64,000 nt of DNA, from positions 894,005 to 958,004 of the forward strand of contig NMRA01000057.1 in the NCBI GenBank assembly GCA_002633005.1, written 5' to 3'. Position 1 is the first letter of the stretch, and the number at the start of each line of letters is the position of its first letter. The notes beneath the pieces were generated by a model. It did not search any database. It was given only the letters and a program-made list of their open reading frames with translations, and was not told the DNA's origin. This stretch comes from Phoronis australis (Eukaryota; Animalia; Phoronida). This document shows, piece after piece, positions 1-12,478 of the stretch. A program made the translations under genes and the position numbers.

Positions 1-1738
1 CTCGGGTTTGAAAAATCTTTGATGACCTGTACCCTGTTCGCAATGAACACCGGAAATCTCTTAGCTTCTGAACGTAGAAAATGAAGTACTGCCATCGAGT
101 CTGTATGATACATAGTGGAATCGGGGGTTCTTTCTAGCTGGCGGAATAACATCTCCCCAAGACGAACAGAGATGGTGGCGGCGGTAAGCTCAAGTCATGG
201 GATTGTCGCCGTCTTGATCGGCGTCAGCCTAGCTTTCCCCATTAGAAATGAACAGTGTATGCTGCCTTCAGCATTGGTAAGGCGTAGATAAGCACAAGAT
301 GTGTAACCCATGTTACTTGCGTCAGAGAACACATGTACTTGACTAGACACAACTGGACCAAAACTGCCAGGCTTCAAGCAGCGCTGAGCCTTCAAGCGTT
401 CCAGACACGGAAGCTCTTTTAACCATTGTTGCCAGCACATCCGCTGCTGATCAGGTATGTCGTCATCCCAACCAAGCGACTATAATTTGCAAAGATCCTG
501 TAGAATCTTCTTCGCCGGAAGTATCACTGGAGCGACAATACCTAAAGGATCGTACACAGAAGAAACCGTTGAAAGAATACCTCTTCTCGTTAACGGTTCA
601 GAGCTGAGCGTGATTGAGAAACCTAGTTCATCTGAAGTAACAAACCACAGTACTCCGAGGGCACGCTCAATAGCAAGATCACCATAATTCATACTCACAG
701 CATGACCAACTTTAGAACGTTCTATTTCAGGAATTGATTGCAAAACCTTGCGACTATTGCTCAAAAACTTGGTCAGACGAAAACCTCCTACAGCACATGC
801 GGCACGAAGTTCATTTACAAGCTGCACAGCGCCATCTGCAGTGGAAACAGATTTCAGGCAGTCATCCACATAAAAGTTTTGACAAATAGTGTAACTTACT
901 GGTTCCGGCAAGCGGTTGTCCTCTGTGATACGTTTGAGGGCGCAATTACACACACTGGGTGATGAGACAGCTCCGAAGATGTACAGTCATCTTGTATTCC
1001 CTTACTTCTTCATTAAAGTTTCCGTTGGGCCACCACAGAAACCTCAGGAAATTCATGTGACGTTCTGGAACTTTAACCTGGTAGAACATTGCTTCAATGT
1101 CACTGACCACAGCTACAGGCTCCTCTCTGAAACGAGTTAACACACCAACAAGAGAATTAATTAAATCAGGGCCACATAACAAGCTGTCATTGAGAGAAGT
1201 GTCGTTATATCTGGCACTGCAATCAAAAACCACTCTAATCTTTCCAGGCTTCTTCGGGTGGTAAACGCCATGGTGGGGAAGGTACCAAACTTGCCCAGGA
1301 TCAGTCAGCATGTTAGGCGTTTTGACTTCTCTGGCGTACCCTTTCTCAAGAACGGAATTCATGAAGTCTACATAATCTTGGCGATATTGTTCGGACTTTA
1401 TCATCTTTCTTCGTTGCCACAGCAACCTCTCAAGAGCTTGATCTCTATTGTTCGGCATTGAGACGTTACTTTTTCGGAAAGGCAAGGGCACTTCGTAGTG
1501 GCCATCTTTTAGTTGAATGCCAGTTTCCACAATTTCCAAAAATCCTCGGTCTTCATAAGATAAGCCCTTTTCGTCAGGAAATGCTGCGATACCATCACTG
1601 AAATCCTTCTCAAACACATTCAGGACAGCTGTAGAAGAGATAGATGTACTGTCGCTCATTGGTGTCGGTACTAATTCTCTAATACCAATACGGTTGCAAA
1701 TCAAACTGCAACATGTCGTAGCTTCCATGGGTCCATTC
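1..1738 (-). mobile_element. BEL/Pao LTR retrotransposon pol fragment (RT + RNase H region), frameshifted, cut by window edge and N at 1739
   Basis: ORFs 946-1738, 480-953, 195-440 carry Pao-type motifs YEVPLPF, WYLPHHGVYHPKKPGKIRVVFDCSA, SLNDSLLCGPDL, DIEAMFYQV, FYVDD, YDPLG and HVFSDAS..GKARLTP; frameshifts near 955 and 480; no LTR visible. Confidence 0.93.
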
Positions 1739-1744
1739 NGTTCA

Positions 1745-3695
1745 TTTAATTTTATTTGCTGTATTATGAAATGAGTAACTTTTTGTGAGGATGTACTATC
1801 GCCCCTGAATGCCTGCAGCATCCAGTGCGATGTAATTCCTAGGGGCCATCGTGTGTGCAGCAAACATTTTCCTGGTGGAAAAAAGACGTATGAGAACAAC
1901 ATTCCGACGGAGTTTCCTCTTAAAATTAACGTCTCTAGCATATACACGGCTAAAGCTACAAAAGTTAAGCAACCCAAGAACTCTCAACTTGTCTGAAACC
2001 GGAGGAGATTTCGAAATCAACGCCGATAGCTCCAATACTGAACATGACGACAGTTGTGCCCTCGGTCACACGGTCACTGATCATAGCTACGCTGTGTTTA
2101 TAAACGAGAGAGAGAACTTGCTTGGTATTATAAAGCAAAAAAATGAAACATGGTTTTTAGTTTGCAAATCACTCCAAATGCACACTATCCAGCCTGCTCA
2201 AGACATGCCTGACCACAAGCTATCCCATGAGCCTTCGCACATGAAGTAACTCGCACATGCGCAATGCGTAGTTCGTTTGCGCTGCAAATCCGCTATACTC
2301 CAATGTCCAAAGACTTCCCATAGGGGGCACTGGAAAGAGCAATAATCTTTGCAGAAATTCTCTATGTTATACAAAAATAATTGCTCAAAAATCAGTTTTC
2401 TGTTTTTTTTTTCTGAAGATTACTACATCACTGTAAATGCTAAAAAATGCAAAATGTTGTTGACAACAAGAATAATTCAACTAAACGCTTAAAGAAAATT
2501 TGCTGTAAACTTTTTTGAATTTTGTAATGGACATTTCACAATGTGTTTAGGTGTACCGACGACGTCATTTATAGCGTAGCGGTGCTTTTATTACATGATA
2601 TATAAAATATAAAATTAAAAAGCCGATACTGAGTTGGGGAAAGGCATGTGAAATACTTCACAGCCCACTTAATCACAGGGCCAAAATATAGACGAAGTCA
2701 TTGGGTCCATTACCGTGTCAGCNTTTAATTTTATTTGCTGTATTATGAAATGAGTAACTTTTTGTGAGGATGTACTATCGCCCCTGAATGCCTGCGGCAT
2801 GCAGTGCGATGTAATTGCCTAGGGGCCATCGTGTGTGCAGCGAACATTTTCCTGGTGGAAAAAAGACGTATGAGAACAACATTCCGACGGAGTTTCCTCT
2901 TAAAATTAACGTCTCTAGCATATACACGGTGAAAGCTACAAAAGTTAAGCAACCCAAGAACTCTCAACTTGTCTGAAACCGGAGGAGATTTCGAAATCAA
3001 CGCCGATAGCTCCAATACTGAACATGACGACAGTTGTGCCCTCGGTCACACGGTCACTGATCATAGCTACGCTGTGTTTACAAACGAGAGAGAGGACTTG
3101 CTTGGTATTATAAAGCAAAAAAATGGTTTTTAGTTTGCAAATCACTCCAAATGCACACTATCCAGCCTGCTCAAGACATGCCTGACCACAAGCTATCCCA
3201 TGAGCCTTCGCACATGAAGTAACTCGCACATGCGCAATGCGTAGTTCGTTTGCGCTGCAAATCCGCTATAATCCAATGTCCAAAGACTTCCCATAGGGGG
3301 CACTGGAAAGAGCAATAATCTTTGCAGAAATTCTCTATGTTATACAAAAATAATTGTTCAAAAATCAGTTTTCTGTTTTTTTTTCTGAAGATTACTACAT
3401 CACTGTAAATGCTAAAAAATGCAAAATGTTGTTGACAACAAGAATAATTCAACTAAACGCTTAAAGAAAATTTGCTGTAAACTTTTTTTGAATTTTGTAA
3501 TGGACATTTCACAATGTGTTTAGGTGTACCGACGACGTCATTTATAGCGTAGCGGTGCTTTTATTACATGATATATAAAATATAAAATTAAAAAGCCGAT
3601 ACTGAGTTGGGAAAAGGCCTGTGAAATACTTCACAGCCCACTTAATCACAGGGCCAAAATATAGACGAAGTCATTGGGTCCATTACCGTGTCAGC
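1745..3695. repeat. Near-identical ~975-bp tandem duplicate (1745-2722 / 2724-3695) across a single N; probable uncollapsed haplotypes or contig overlap
   Basis: Copies differ by a few SNPs and small indels and join exactly at the N at 2723. Confidence 0.85.
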
Positions 3696-5794
3696 AATAC
3701 TGCATGACGGGTAAACATAATTGTGTGTAACAATCATGCATTTAAGGGAAACTTTCGTTACCATGTATTGGTATCACAATATTGGATCCATAAATCACAT
3801 CTGTTCATGGCAACAGAAGAAAATAGCGAATTCAAGAATTTGGTTAGAACTTGTTTCGCAGGTGTTTCTTTCTCGAGTTGCTGATTTTGGTTCTATAAAT
3901 TATTCTAAACCCCAAAGATTATTGTGATGACATTAAATATGTGAGTATGTACATGAGAGTTTTATGTTTGATCACGCCTTAAACAGGAATAGGTGATACA
4001 CGATACTTAGTTTTCGGTAAAATATGTCTCCTTATTTTTAATCATCGTATTTCTACCATTATCGTTTAGTTTTGTTTTACTAGAAGTAGTTTTCAATGAC
4101 CTTAGCTAGGGCGGAGGTACACTCAGAGGAACAGCGAGTTAAAGTTACCGTGACAAACAAAGGGCCACATAAAAATGAAGCTATGTTTCCCATGGCCGGT
4201 TTAAAGACAGAAGAGAAAGTTAAAAAACACGGAATGGATATTAGGGAACAAGAACAAGTGAGAGACAATAGCATGGACGAAACGTTAATCTTCCTGCCAG
4301 CTTGTAATACAGGTGACATCCAATCGACCATTAGGACTTTCAAATAATTGCTGATTAAGCGGGTTAAGGTAGTCCTTTGAATATTTTTGAAAAGACTACT
4401 TCTCATTCATGAGTCGTTTTGTGAGTGGTTACAACTTTAATATTACAAGTTCTCTCGTGAAGAAGACCACTGATAAATTATAACTGGATATTTTTGTTCC
4501 GCCACATTTGTTGTAACAGTTGATACCTTTTGCATCAACTGCAAATAAATTTCGAAAGTCTGAAAATATTGCCAGGTCAGTGTGCGAGTGACTTTTAAGT
4601 ATATTAAAATATGTGAGACATAAAATGTCTGCAGCATTTATTAAGTAAAAAGATTGTGGTTGCTTAATGTTGTAGAATTCTAATGAAATATGTTTTATTC
4701 TTTTCGCTTGGTTAGAATGTTTGTGTTTCTGACCTATTTCCCCAATACTACATTCTTTTTTAAATGAAAGTGGTCATTGGAAAACCTTTACAATAATTGT
4801 TGTACAAATTATGCAAAATGTTAACTGCACTTTTACCCGTATTACAAGGACATGATTTACTAAGCTACCAAAAGTGATGCATTGAATTTTTTTAAACAAG
4901 TTATCTTTAAAACACATATCTGAAATTTATGGGCACTGTTTGTTTCAACAAAGCATTTTTCACTAAAATTTGTGACTATTTCATGGTCAAGTATTATGTT
5001 TGTTTATTTGTACTGTTTGATTGAGCCTAGGCGAGTTGTGATTTTCATTTAAGTATTTTGAAAGCCCTCGTTGACACTTCCATCTTGATTTTGATGATTT
5101 ACCCGACTGTAATTCTGCGTTACTGTAACAGTTTTGAGGTTTATTAGTGAATTATTGAAAGTGTGCTGACAGAGTTTACAACGACTGAAGCCAGAAACAG
5201 TAGGACGACTCAGGTTCAATTTCTAGATGAGTGTTAAATGGATTCTGACAGTGAAATTTTAGCACTTGAAAGTTAACTTAAAGCGACTAGAAAACTAACT
5301 GTAACACGGATTCCAATGAATCTGATTTTGGAGCTCTTTTGGATGAAGTGACAGGCGCTTACGTTGCAGCTGGGGGGAGGGGTGTATACGCCCTTCACAC
5401 ACAATACTAAGCCTTTCAAACAAAAAGAAACTACACCGAACTTGATATTTTTTGTGACTTTTTCACCGATGAAGAGTTCACGACTAGGAACAATGATCAT
5501 TTAGATTATAACAGATACAATGACGAGTTGCGTAAGAACTTGAGTTTTTGGTACATTGTGAGCAAGAGTTCTTGATCTAAATTCTTATTTGTAAATAATG
5601 TTCACAATTTCCTGTTTATTTTGTGATGTCGCAGCAAAGAAATTCTCATTATTGAAACATGAAACTCAAGAATTACCTGTAGAAACTGCACATGATGATT
5701 TTTGAATGTTTGTTGCCATGTTATCGTTTGTCAAAACTGAAAGACCAGATATAATTAAAATCTCTATTATAGATACTGAACAACATTCATTTTG

Positions 5795-5990
5795 ACCACT
5801 TTCCTACTTAACAATGGTAGGTCGAAAAACTACCGGGTACGCAACCTTCATTAAACAGCCCAGCGCATACAGCCGTAATGGTGACCTGGGGAAGTAGTCT
5901 GACCAGATGTACAGCAAGATAAGGGTTAGGTTCAATGTCTGCCCAAGCTGCAGGAGTATATAAGCTGTCCCAGATTCTCATTTTGCTACA
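5795..5990 (+). promoter_or_regulatory. Proximal promoter of gene A, TATA box TATATAAG at 5957-5964
   Basis: TATA 59 nt upstream of ATG 6016; block strongly conserved with 32436-32640 upstream of gene B. Confidence 0.65.
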
Positions 5991-6015
5991 TTTGTTGAGC
6001 ACCGTAGACAGCAGA

Positions 6016-6604
6016 ATGGCTTGCATGCATTGGCTCACTGCAATACTCTCTTTGCATTACGTAGTAGCGGGAGAATCACAACTGACAGCTTCAGACAGTT
6101 GTAACCAGACGAACACCAACAAAACTGAGCTGGACTTGCTAAAGAAGATTATGAATTCAGTCCTCACTAAGCAGTCGACTGCTGAAGATGTGGTTACTAC
6201 GCCTTTAAATGATATCCAACTGCTACAGCTAAAAATGTCACTGGAAGAAAAGACCAGAAATCTGGAAAGGGAAATAGAATATTCGAAATCGAGACAAAAT
6301 AGCTACGTGATTGGTCTTGCCTCCCTTTCCTACAGAGTTCATATGGTGGAATCACAGCAACAACAGATTGGAAGACTGGTGACAAAACAAGCCTCCCTCG
6401 AGGCTCGTCAAGATCTGATGATGACTCAGTCACATTGTCAGGTACCTGAGCTGAACGACTTGAAGAAGCAAGTGGCTGACCTATCAGCCAATCAGAACAA
6501 ACTCCAAGAACAACTGGATGACCTGAGGAAAATGTTGAGTAAGTGTGAGACAAAGTTAACATCAGTGATCAGTGCCCAAGTTGCTTGGAAGACCAAATTT
6601 ACAG
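6016..6604 (+). CDS. Gene A exon 1: signal peptide + coiled coil of a secreted FReD protein (model 6016-6604, 11574-11701, 11949-12045, 12231-12395, 14969-15255; ~421 aa)
   Basis: MACMHWLTAILSLHYVVAG signal-like start; L/Q/E/K-rich heptads; donor CAG|GTGAAC is phase 1 and fits the FReD exon acceptor; donor is weak so the 3' boundary is less sure. Confidence 0.8.
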
Positions 6605-7028
6605 GTGAACAAGTCAAAAAGGAACTATTACTGTTTCCTTATCAATAACATTTTGCTCTCACGGGCCATTTTAGAGTGTCAACAAATTATCTTACAATAT
6701 ATAGCGCGGATGTGCGATCTTGCACAAAGAAATAACAAACTTGTTTTACCTCTGCTAAACTGTAGAGAACTTTACACCACAAATCAATACACTGATGGCT
6801 GTTGAAGGACTAGGGGTATAGAGAGAATTTGCCATGTTTTTATATTTAATACACCGTTTCCTTAAACAGATTCCAAACATAATTCTAAGAACTTCACGCT
6901 CTGAGCAAGAAAGTGAATCTGGTAATAATGTTGAAAGAAAATGAAAAAAAACAAAGAAAATCAGCATTTTATAGAATGAATAATACATTTCAATAGTTCG
7001 TGCTGGGATTAATAATTTTGTATTTCAG

Positions 7029-7046
7029 ATATTTATCCTTCAAAAA
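7029..7046 (+). CDS. Candidate 18-nt phase-1/1 microexon of gene A (DIYPSK)
   Basis: ttttgtatttcag|ATATTTATCCTTCAAAAA|gtgagt; strong splice sites, frame-preserving, no stop. Confidence 0.4.
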
Positions 7047-7142
7047 GTGAGTCTCCGGATTTTGGGAAACCGAAGTTCGGAAAAACACAAAATACCACAC
7101 TCTGTATCCATTTACATGTACAGCATTTAGTAAATTTGCCAA

Positions 7143-7144
<2 letters not shown>

Positions 7145-7176
<32 letters not shown>

Positions 7177-7189
7177 TGTGTGTTTGTGC

Positions 7190-7281
<92 letters not shown>
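7145..7281. repeat. (TG)n(AG)n microsatellite
   Basis: Direct reading. Confidence 0.97.
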
Positions 7282-7285
<4 letters not shown>

Positions 7286-7609
7286 CCTTTATTCACATTA
7301 AAGCATAATGATCTTAATCATTGAATTACGTCTTAATGTAAATAAAAGCTTTTAGAATGCCTCCTATTTCAAAACGCAATTATTTTTAAATAGTTGCGTT
7401 TTAAAAAAGGAGGCCTTCTAAATGTTTTCAACTGCTGATAAGAAAGTCCCCTGAACAAAATTAAATAAATAAATAAGTGGAAATACAAAAATCCTTAGGG
7501 ATAAGTGAATAACCAAAATAGGAATTCGTCGAGTGTTAACTGTTTGAGATGACGTTTATGTAGGGGACCATGAGAGGCCTTTGTCAACGGTAATACCAAG
7601 GAAAGAAAA

Positions 7610-8830
7610 ACTGTCCACATGAGGTATAGATAATTTTTCTATAATTTTTGAGATTATTGGTAGAATAGAAAAGGGTCTATAAATGCCAGGGTGCTCTGGG
7701 TCCAAACCGTGTTGTTTAAAACAGGGATTACCTTAGCAATCTTTAGAGCATCTAGAAACATACTAGTGTGCAAGCATTGGTTGATGATGGTCGTGAAACG
7801 TTCAATAATAAAAGGATTGCTTATTTTGATAACTTTAGACCATAAGTTGTCATGACCAGTACTGTTTTTTGAGTCCATGTCTCTTTTAATATCTAGTACA
7901 TGTTTATTATTAAATAGTTGAAAGAGAATTTAAATGCGTTTGGCGTGGCAAGATTTTTGTTGTTTGTCATAGGTATTGATTCAGAAAGGGATGGGTCGAT
8001 TTGGGTAAAGTAGGTATTAAATAAAGTTGCCATTTTGGGTAGGTCACTGGGTTTAATGTTATCTGAATGTACATGTAAGAGACATTTTGGAGTGCCATTT
8101 TATGTTCGTACGCCGTTATTCATAACTGTCTCTATTGTATCCCATGTTTTATTCACGTCAGACTTCACTTTTTCAAATGAGTCATGACAGTAAGTTTGCT
8201 TGGTAGAATAAATATTTTTGATAATGTTGTTGTATACTTTAAGATTGTTGTGGAATGTATGGTAGGATTGTGTGTTGCAAGTGGTTGCCTTCGTTTGTTT
8301 GTAGAGTTTATATCGGCAACGAATGGATATTAAGATGCCACGAGTTAAACGCGTGTTTGTGTTTATTATATCTCTTAGTAACATTTTTGGATCAAAGTAT
8401 TTTTTCGTGAGATTTTTCAAAGCATCACTGAGCATTGCGTTATTGTGATTAAGGTCACAACCTAATCTGCGGTCTAATTTTTCCATTATATTGGAGTTTC
8501 GCAAGTTATTGAGAAATTGAGTTTTTGTTTGCGGTGCGTAATAATATTTTGAACCTAACGTACATGTAGAGCATTCAGGGTGGAGTTTCTATATTATTTT
8601 GAAGCAATGAAGATAGGACAGTTATCTGAAATCTGAAGAATACCAGAATGTGTATGGTGTGACCGTATGTTGTTGATGTAAAGAAGTAAACTATTGAAGT
8701 TGCTGAGGTGGAGCTAAGACGTGTAGGGTATATTGGCTAATGGAAGGTCTTAAATTGTCATTTATCATCAATTCATGAACGTTTGAACGTCATTGTTAGT
8801 TTGTGTCCCTAGAGGATTTAAGTTGTAATG
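7610..8830 (-). mobile_element. Decayed CR1/L2-group LINE ORF2 fragment in gene A intron 1
   Basis: Peptides TRGILISIRCRYKLYK, VKSDVNKTWDTI and KNSTGHDNL..TIINQCLHTSMFLDALKIAKVIPV, typical of the endonuclease-RT linker and RT N-terminus; many stops; ends approximate. Confidence 0.8.
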
Positions 8831-10134
8831 CAATTTCTAAAACTTGGGAAATTTTGGCTTTAGGATCAAACATTGGAATTTATTTTCCACTGCCTCAATC
8901 AAAAAGTTTTCTTAAACAAGGTATTTTCATAGACTATAATGCATTGACAATTGTCAACATAATCTGCTCTAGCAAACTTTGAATACGGTGTTGAAATCTA
9001 GTGATGGATATTGAAATCACGGACATATATAGATATAGAGACACATCTGTCCCAAAGAGACTATACTTCATTACGTACCATGCCCCCGGAGTATTAAAAC
9101 CAAAGGTGCTTTCCCATTATAGGAAATTTGGTTTACCCAAGCTTTGCCAAAACTTAGCTAACCTTTCTCACTAGACAGCACTATCGAAGTAAAATCACAA
9201 CATGGCGATCCAGTCAACCCAGTCAACACCAGTTGGCACAGTTCAATCCTACTCGCAGACGAATATCGAGTGGTGGGATCGAGGCTAACTGAAAATTATT
9301 CTTCCGCCATTTACCACAGAGTCAAAGAAAATGAACAGTCTCACTTTTCATTAGATGTGTATTATTTTACTTATTTACGTGCATACAGAAATAAGAAACA
9401 ATGATGACCTGAAATGTACCAACTACCTAAAGTGACTTAAAGCAAAGAACACATTTTGCAGAATATCTCACTGAGTCGTGCGTGATCCTATATCGTTGCC
9501 ACGATATCTACCAATAATTTCGCCGAAGTTTCGTTGAGACCTTTCCCATTACACTAAAGTTTTGATGAGGACCAAAGCTTTGCTTTTAAATCCTGTTATC
9601 TTCAGTTAATTTTCGCTTGCAGATTAGCTACCGAAGTTAACTTTTCCCACTTAATGAAACTTCGCTAAAAGCGAAGTTTTGCCTCTAGTGTGAAATGCAA
9701 GAAATTTTCAGGTTCGATTAAATTGGAAAAACAAGCTCATTGTGTTGTTACACAATGTTGTGCTTAAGTTGACTATGCAGTTAGTTTGCAGCCACAAAAT
9801 CGAATCAGCAAGTAAAAGCTAAGTCTGATTTCTCTGAAAGTCAACCGTTTCTAGTTATTCGAAGTTTTTTGTGATAGTATTCATAAAAATACATCTTTTT
9901 CACAATATTTGTTGAAACTTGTTTCCAAGTAGTACTTTTTAAATATCGGTTACCGTCAGACTCTCATAATTGCTGGCTTACGTGAGACTATCAGAAGAAA
10001 GTAGACTATGAGAGCATAGCCTTAGGCAAACATTGGTTTGACAGCTTTCTCTCCTTACTATTGCTGTCAAACTGACAATGTTACTGTTGTTACCCGATTT
10101 CGCGATCACCAAAATCGGGAAACTCGCTCTACAG

Positions 10135-10570
10135 GGTCCTCTATGAAAAATAGGCGTGCTCTACAGCATGGATGGTCAACTCTAAAACTCTATCCTTCAG
10201 AGGCAGACTTCATACACAACGAAAAGATCAAGTCTTACAACTTGTTAACAAGTTGCGATGGCGCACAAGCCCAGAGGATTGGTGGAAAACTGTTCTACAA
10301 ATAGAAAAATGCACAAATGGTACTCGTGTATCAATTAGCAAACTTAAGCAAGCCATACACGTTGATTTAATTGTCTAACTTCAGTGCTAAACTGGCCATC
10401 AGAAATACATGGGGTGGGTATATTTTGATATTGACTTTGAAGTGCATGAACTAAGGATTTATATTATTTGGGCAAATGTTGACCAAAAATGCTAACACTG
10501 TCCTGGGCAGTGTTAATCCGTTGACCTCCAGCATTGACAGAAACTGGCAAGTTGCCATCACAAAAAATTA
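10135..10570 (+). pseudogene. Dead olfactomedin-domain exon inside gene A intron 1 (homolog of 37645-38100)
   Basis: Aligns to the gene B OLF exon (YSMDG, TLKLYPSEADFI, CDGAQAQRIGGKLF); TGA at 10144, 13-nt deletion near 10177, TAG at 10302, TAA near 10368; 3' third deleted, sequence jumps to the homolog of ~39080. Confidence 0.9.
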
Positions 10571-11573
10571 CATGCCGATGCAGGATATGGAAGGGCAAAT
10601 CCTGCAAAGCGAAATGTCTTGTCACCCAATTCATCGGACATTGGAAGTCTATTTGTGAAGACCTTTTCTCTCTTTTAGACAATAATTACGGTTAACAGAA
10701 ATTTTTATGGCCTCATTCCCAAATTCAAAAGGTGATTGCAAACCAAAAAACGGACATTTCACCTGAGGCCTTCTTTTCATCACCATATCTTCACACAGTT
10801 TTCACCATTTTTTATAAAAATAATTTTGCAACTTTAATCACAAAAAACAAAGTCAATGTCATAAATAATTTAATTTGCGCATAGTTTCCCTTTAGTTTCA
10901 GTTCTGAACTATTATGTTCAGCTTAACAAATTTACACCAACTGGAGTGTGTTCTTGTTAATCAGTAATTTTTCTGGTTTGATATTTGAAAATAATGAACA
11001 AAAATTGGTAACATTTTTGCCACAAATATCGCTATGGTGATTATTCAAGCGATAAGTCACAGTATAACATACCATCAGCTACATTACATTTCATGCTTAT
11101 GAAATGCATAAAATGAACCTTTTTGCTGACTAAATTTTATAATACGGTTAAGAGTTATTTGAGGAAACTGTAAAATATTTTAAAAACCAACAAGAATCAA
11201 AATTTAAAGAGATTACCAAATTGAGCAACTATTAAAACAATGGGTTATTGGTGTCACTATGTATGTAGCAAGGATCAGACTATTCCCAACTTTATTAACT
11301 TGGATGACTTTTATAGCATTAAGACTAAATGTTGCTTATGAAGGATATTACTTTTCTACTGCATTCTTTTGAAAATCATCAATGCTGCTTTTGGTTCACG
11401 ACGTTTTTAAATCAAAGTTAATTCATGTGTATGGGGGGATGTGGGTGTGTGTGTGTGTGCGTGCGCGCGCGCGCGCGTGTATGTGTATGTAACTGTGTAT
11501 GATGGAATAAAGTTTGGTGGAACCTTTACTAACAACATGGAACCGACAAACTTTCACCTTTCTCTGATTGTAG

Positions 11574-11701
11574 GAAAAGATTGTGCAGATTTGTATAAGA
11601 ATGGCATCAAACAAAGCGGTGTTTACACTATCCAACCGAAAGATGGCCGTGGTAACATGGAGGTTTACTGTGACATGGTGACAAACGGAGGAGGATGGAC
11701 G
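11574..11701 (+). CDS. Gene A FReD exon a
   Basis: gtag|GA AAA GAT TGT...ACG|gtaaat; KDCADLYKNGIKQSGVYTIQP..EVYCDMVTNGGGWT. Confidence 0.95.
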
Positions 11702-11924
11702 GTAAATATACCCAGTGCCTAACAAAGTAATATCTTTATTTTTCACAATAAAAGTTTTTAATAATCAACTGGTTTAATGCACTTGATAAAAATAACTGAA
11801 AATATCCAAAAACTTGTTGACGACAAGACCTTCTTGAAAACTTCAGATAATTGGTTGTATCCTTTATTCATTTCTGCGTGATTTACTCACCGTTATAGTT
11901 GCTTATTAAAAGAAGTTACATTAA

Positions 11925-12101
<177 letters not shown>

Positions 12102-12230
12102 TAATAACATATCATTGAATGATATAAAACGCATATCATAATGGAATTCGAAAACAAATTAACTAACTAACACGTGTTGGGTCGCTTCGTGATTTTTAAC
12201 TTCCTATGAGTGTTTAAATTCAAATTTCAG

Positions 12231-12395
12231 GCAACGACAACATTCATCGGTTGACAAACCAAGACAACTACACGTTACGCGTTGACTTGGAAGATTTCAG
12301 CAATCAAAGTGTGTACGCTGCCTACGATGCTTTCTCAGTTGGGTCTGAGAAAATGAAATATAAGTTAGAAATCGGCTCCTATTCTGGCAATGCAG
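12231..12395 (+). CDS. Gene A FReD exon c
   Basis: tttcag|NDNIHRLTNQDNYTLRVDLEDF..YKLEIGSYSGNAG|gtaag; phases 1/1. Confidence 0.95.
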
Positions 12396-12478
12396 GTAAG
12401 GGAGAGGTACAAAATCTAACTCCCTTTAAACCTGTAGTAACCTGAGAATAGTCAACAAATTAGCTCTGATATTTTTAA

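Noticed and set aside
946-1977. 343-aa ORF as a single protein
   Set aside because: Chimeric across the N at 1739; only the part below 1739 is BEL/Pao pol.
5935-6015. Upstream ATG at 5935 as the gene A start
   Set aside because: It lies upstream of the TATA box and is ATA in paralog B; ATG 6016 gives a signal peptide and is conserved.
7033-7296. HT-repeat ORF (also the VC/HT ORFs at 16.4-16.9 kb and 40.3 kb)
   Set aside because: Translations of microsatellites.
10038-10658. Short ORFs as a functional OLF gene
   Set aside because: Fragments of a pseudoexon with stops, frameshifts and truncation.
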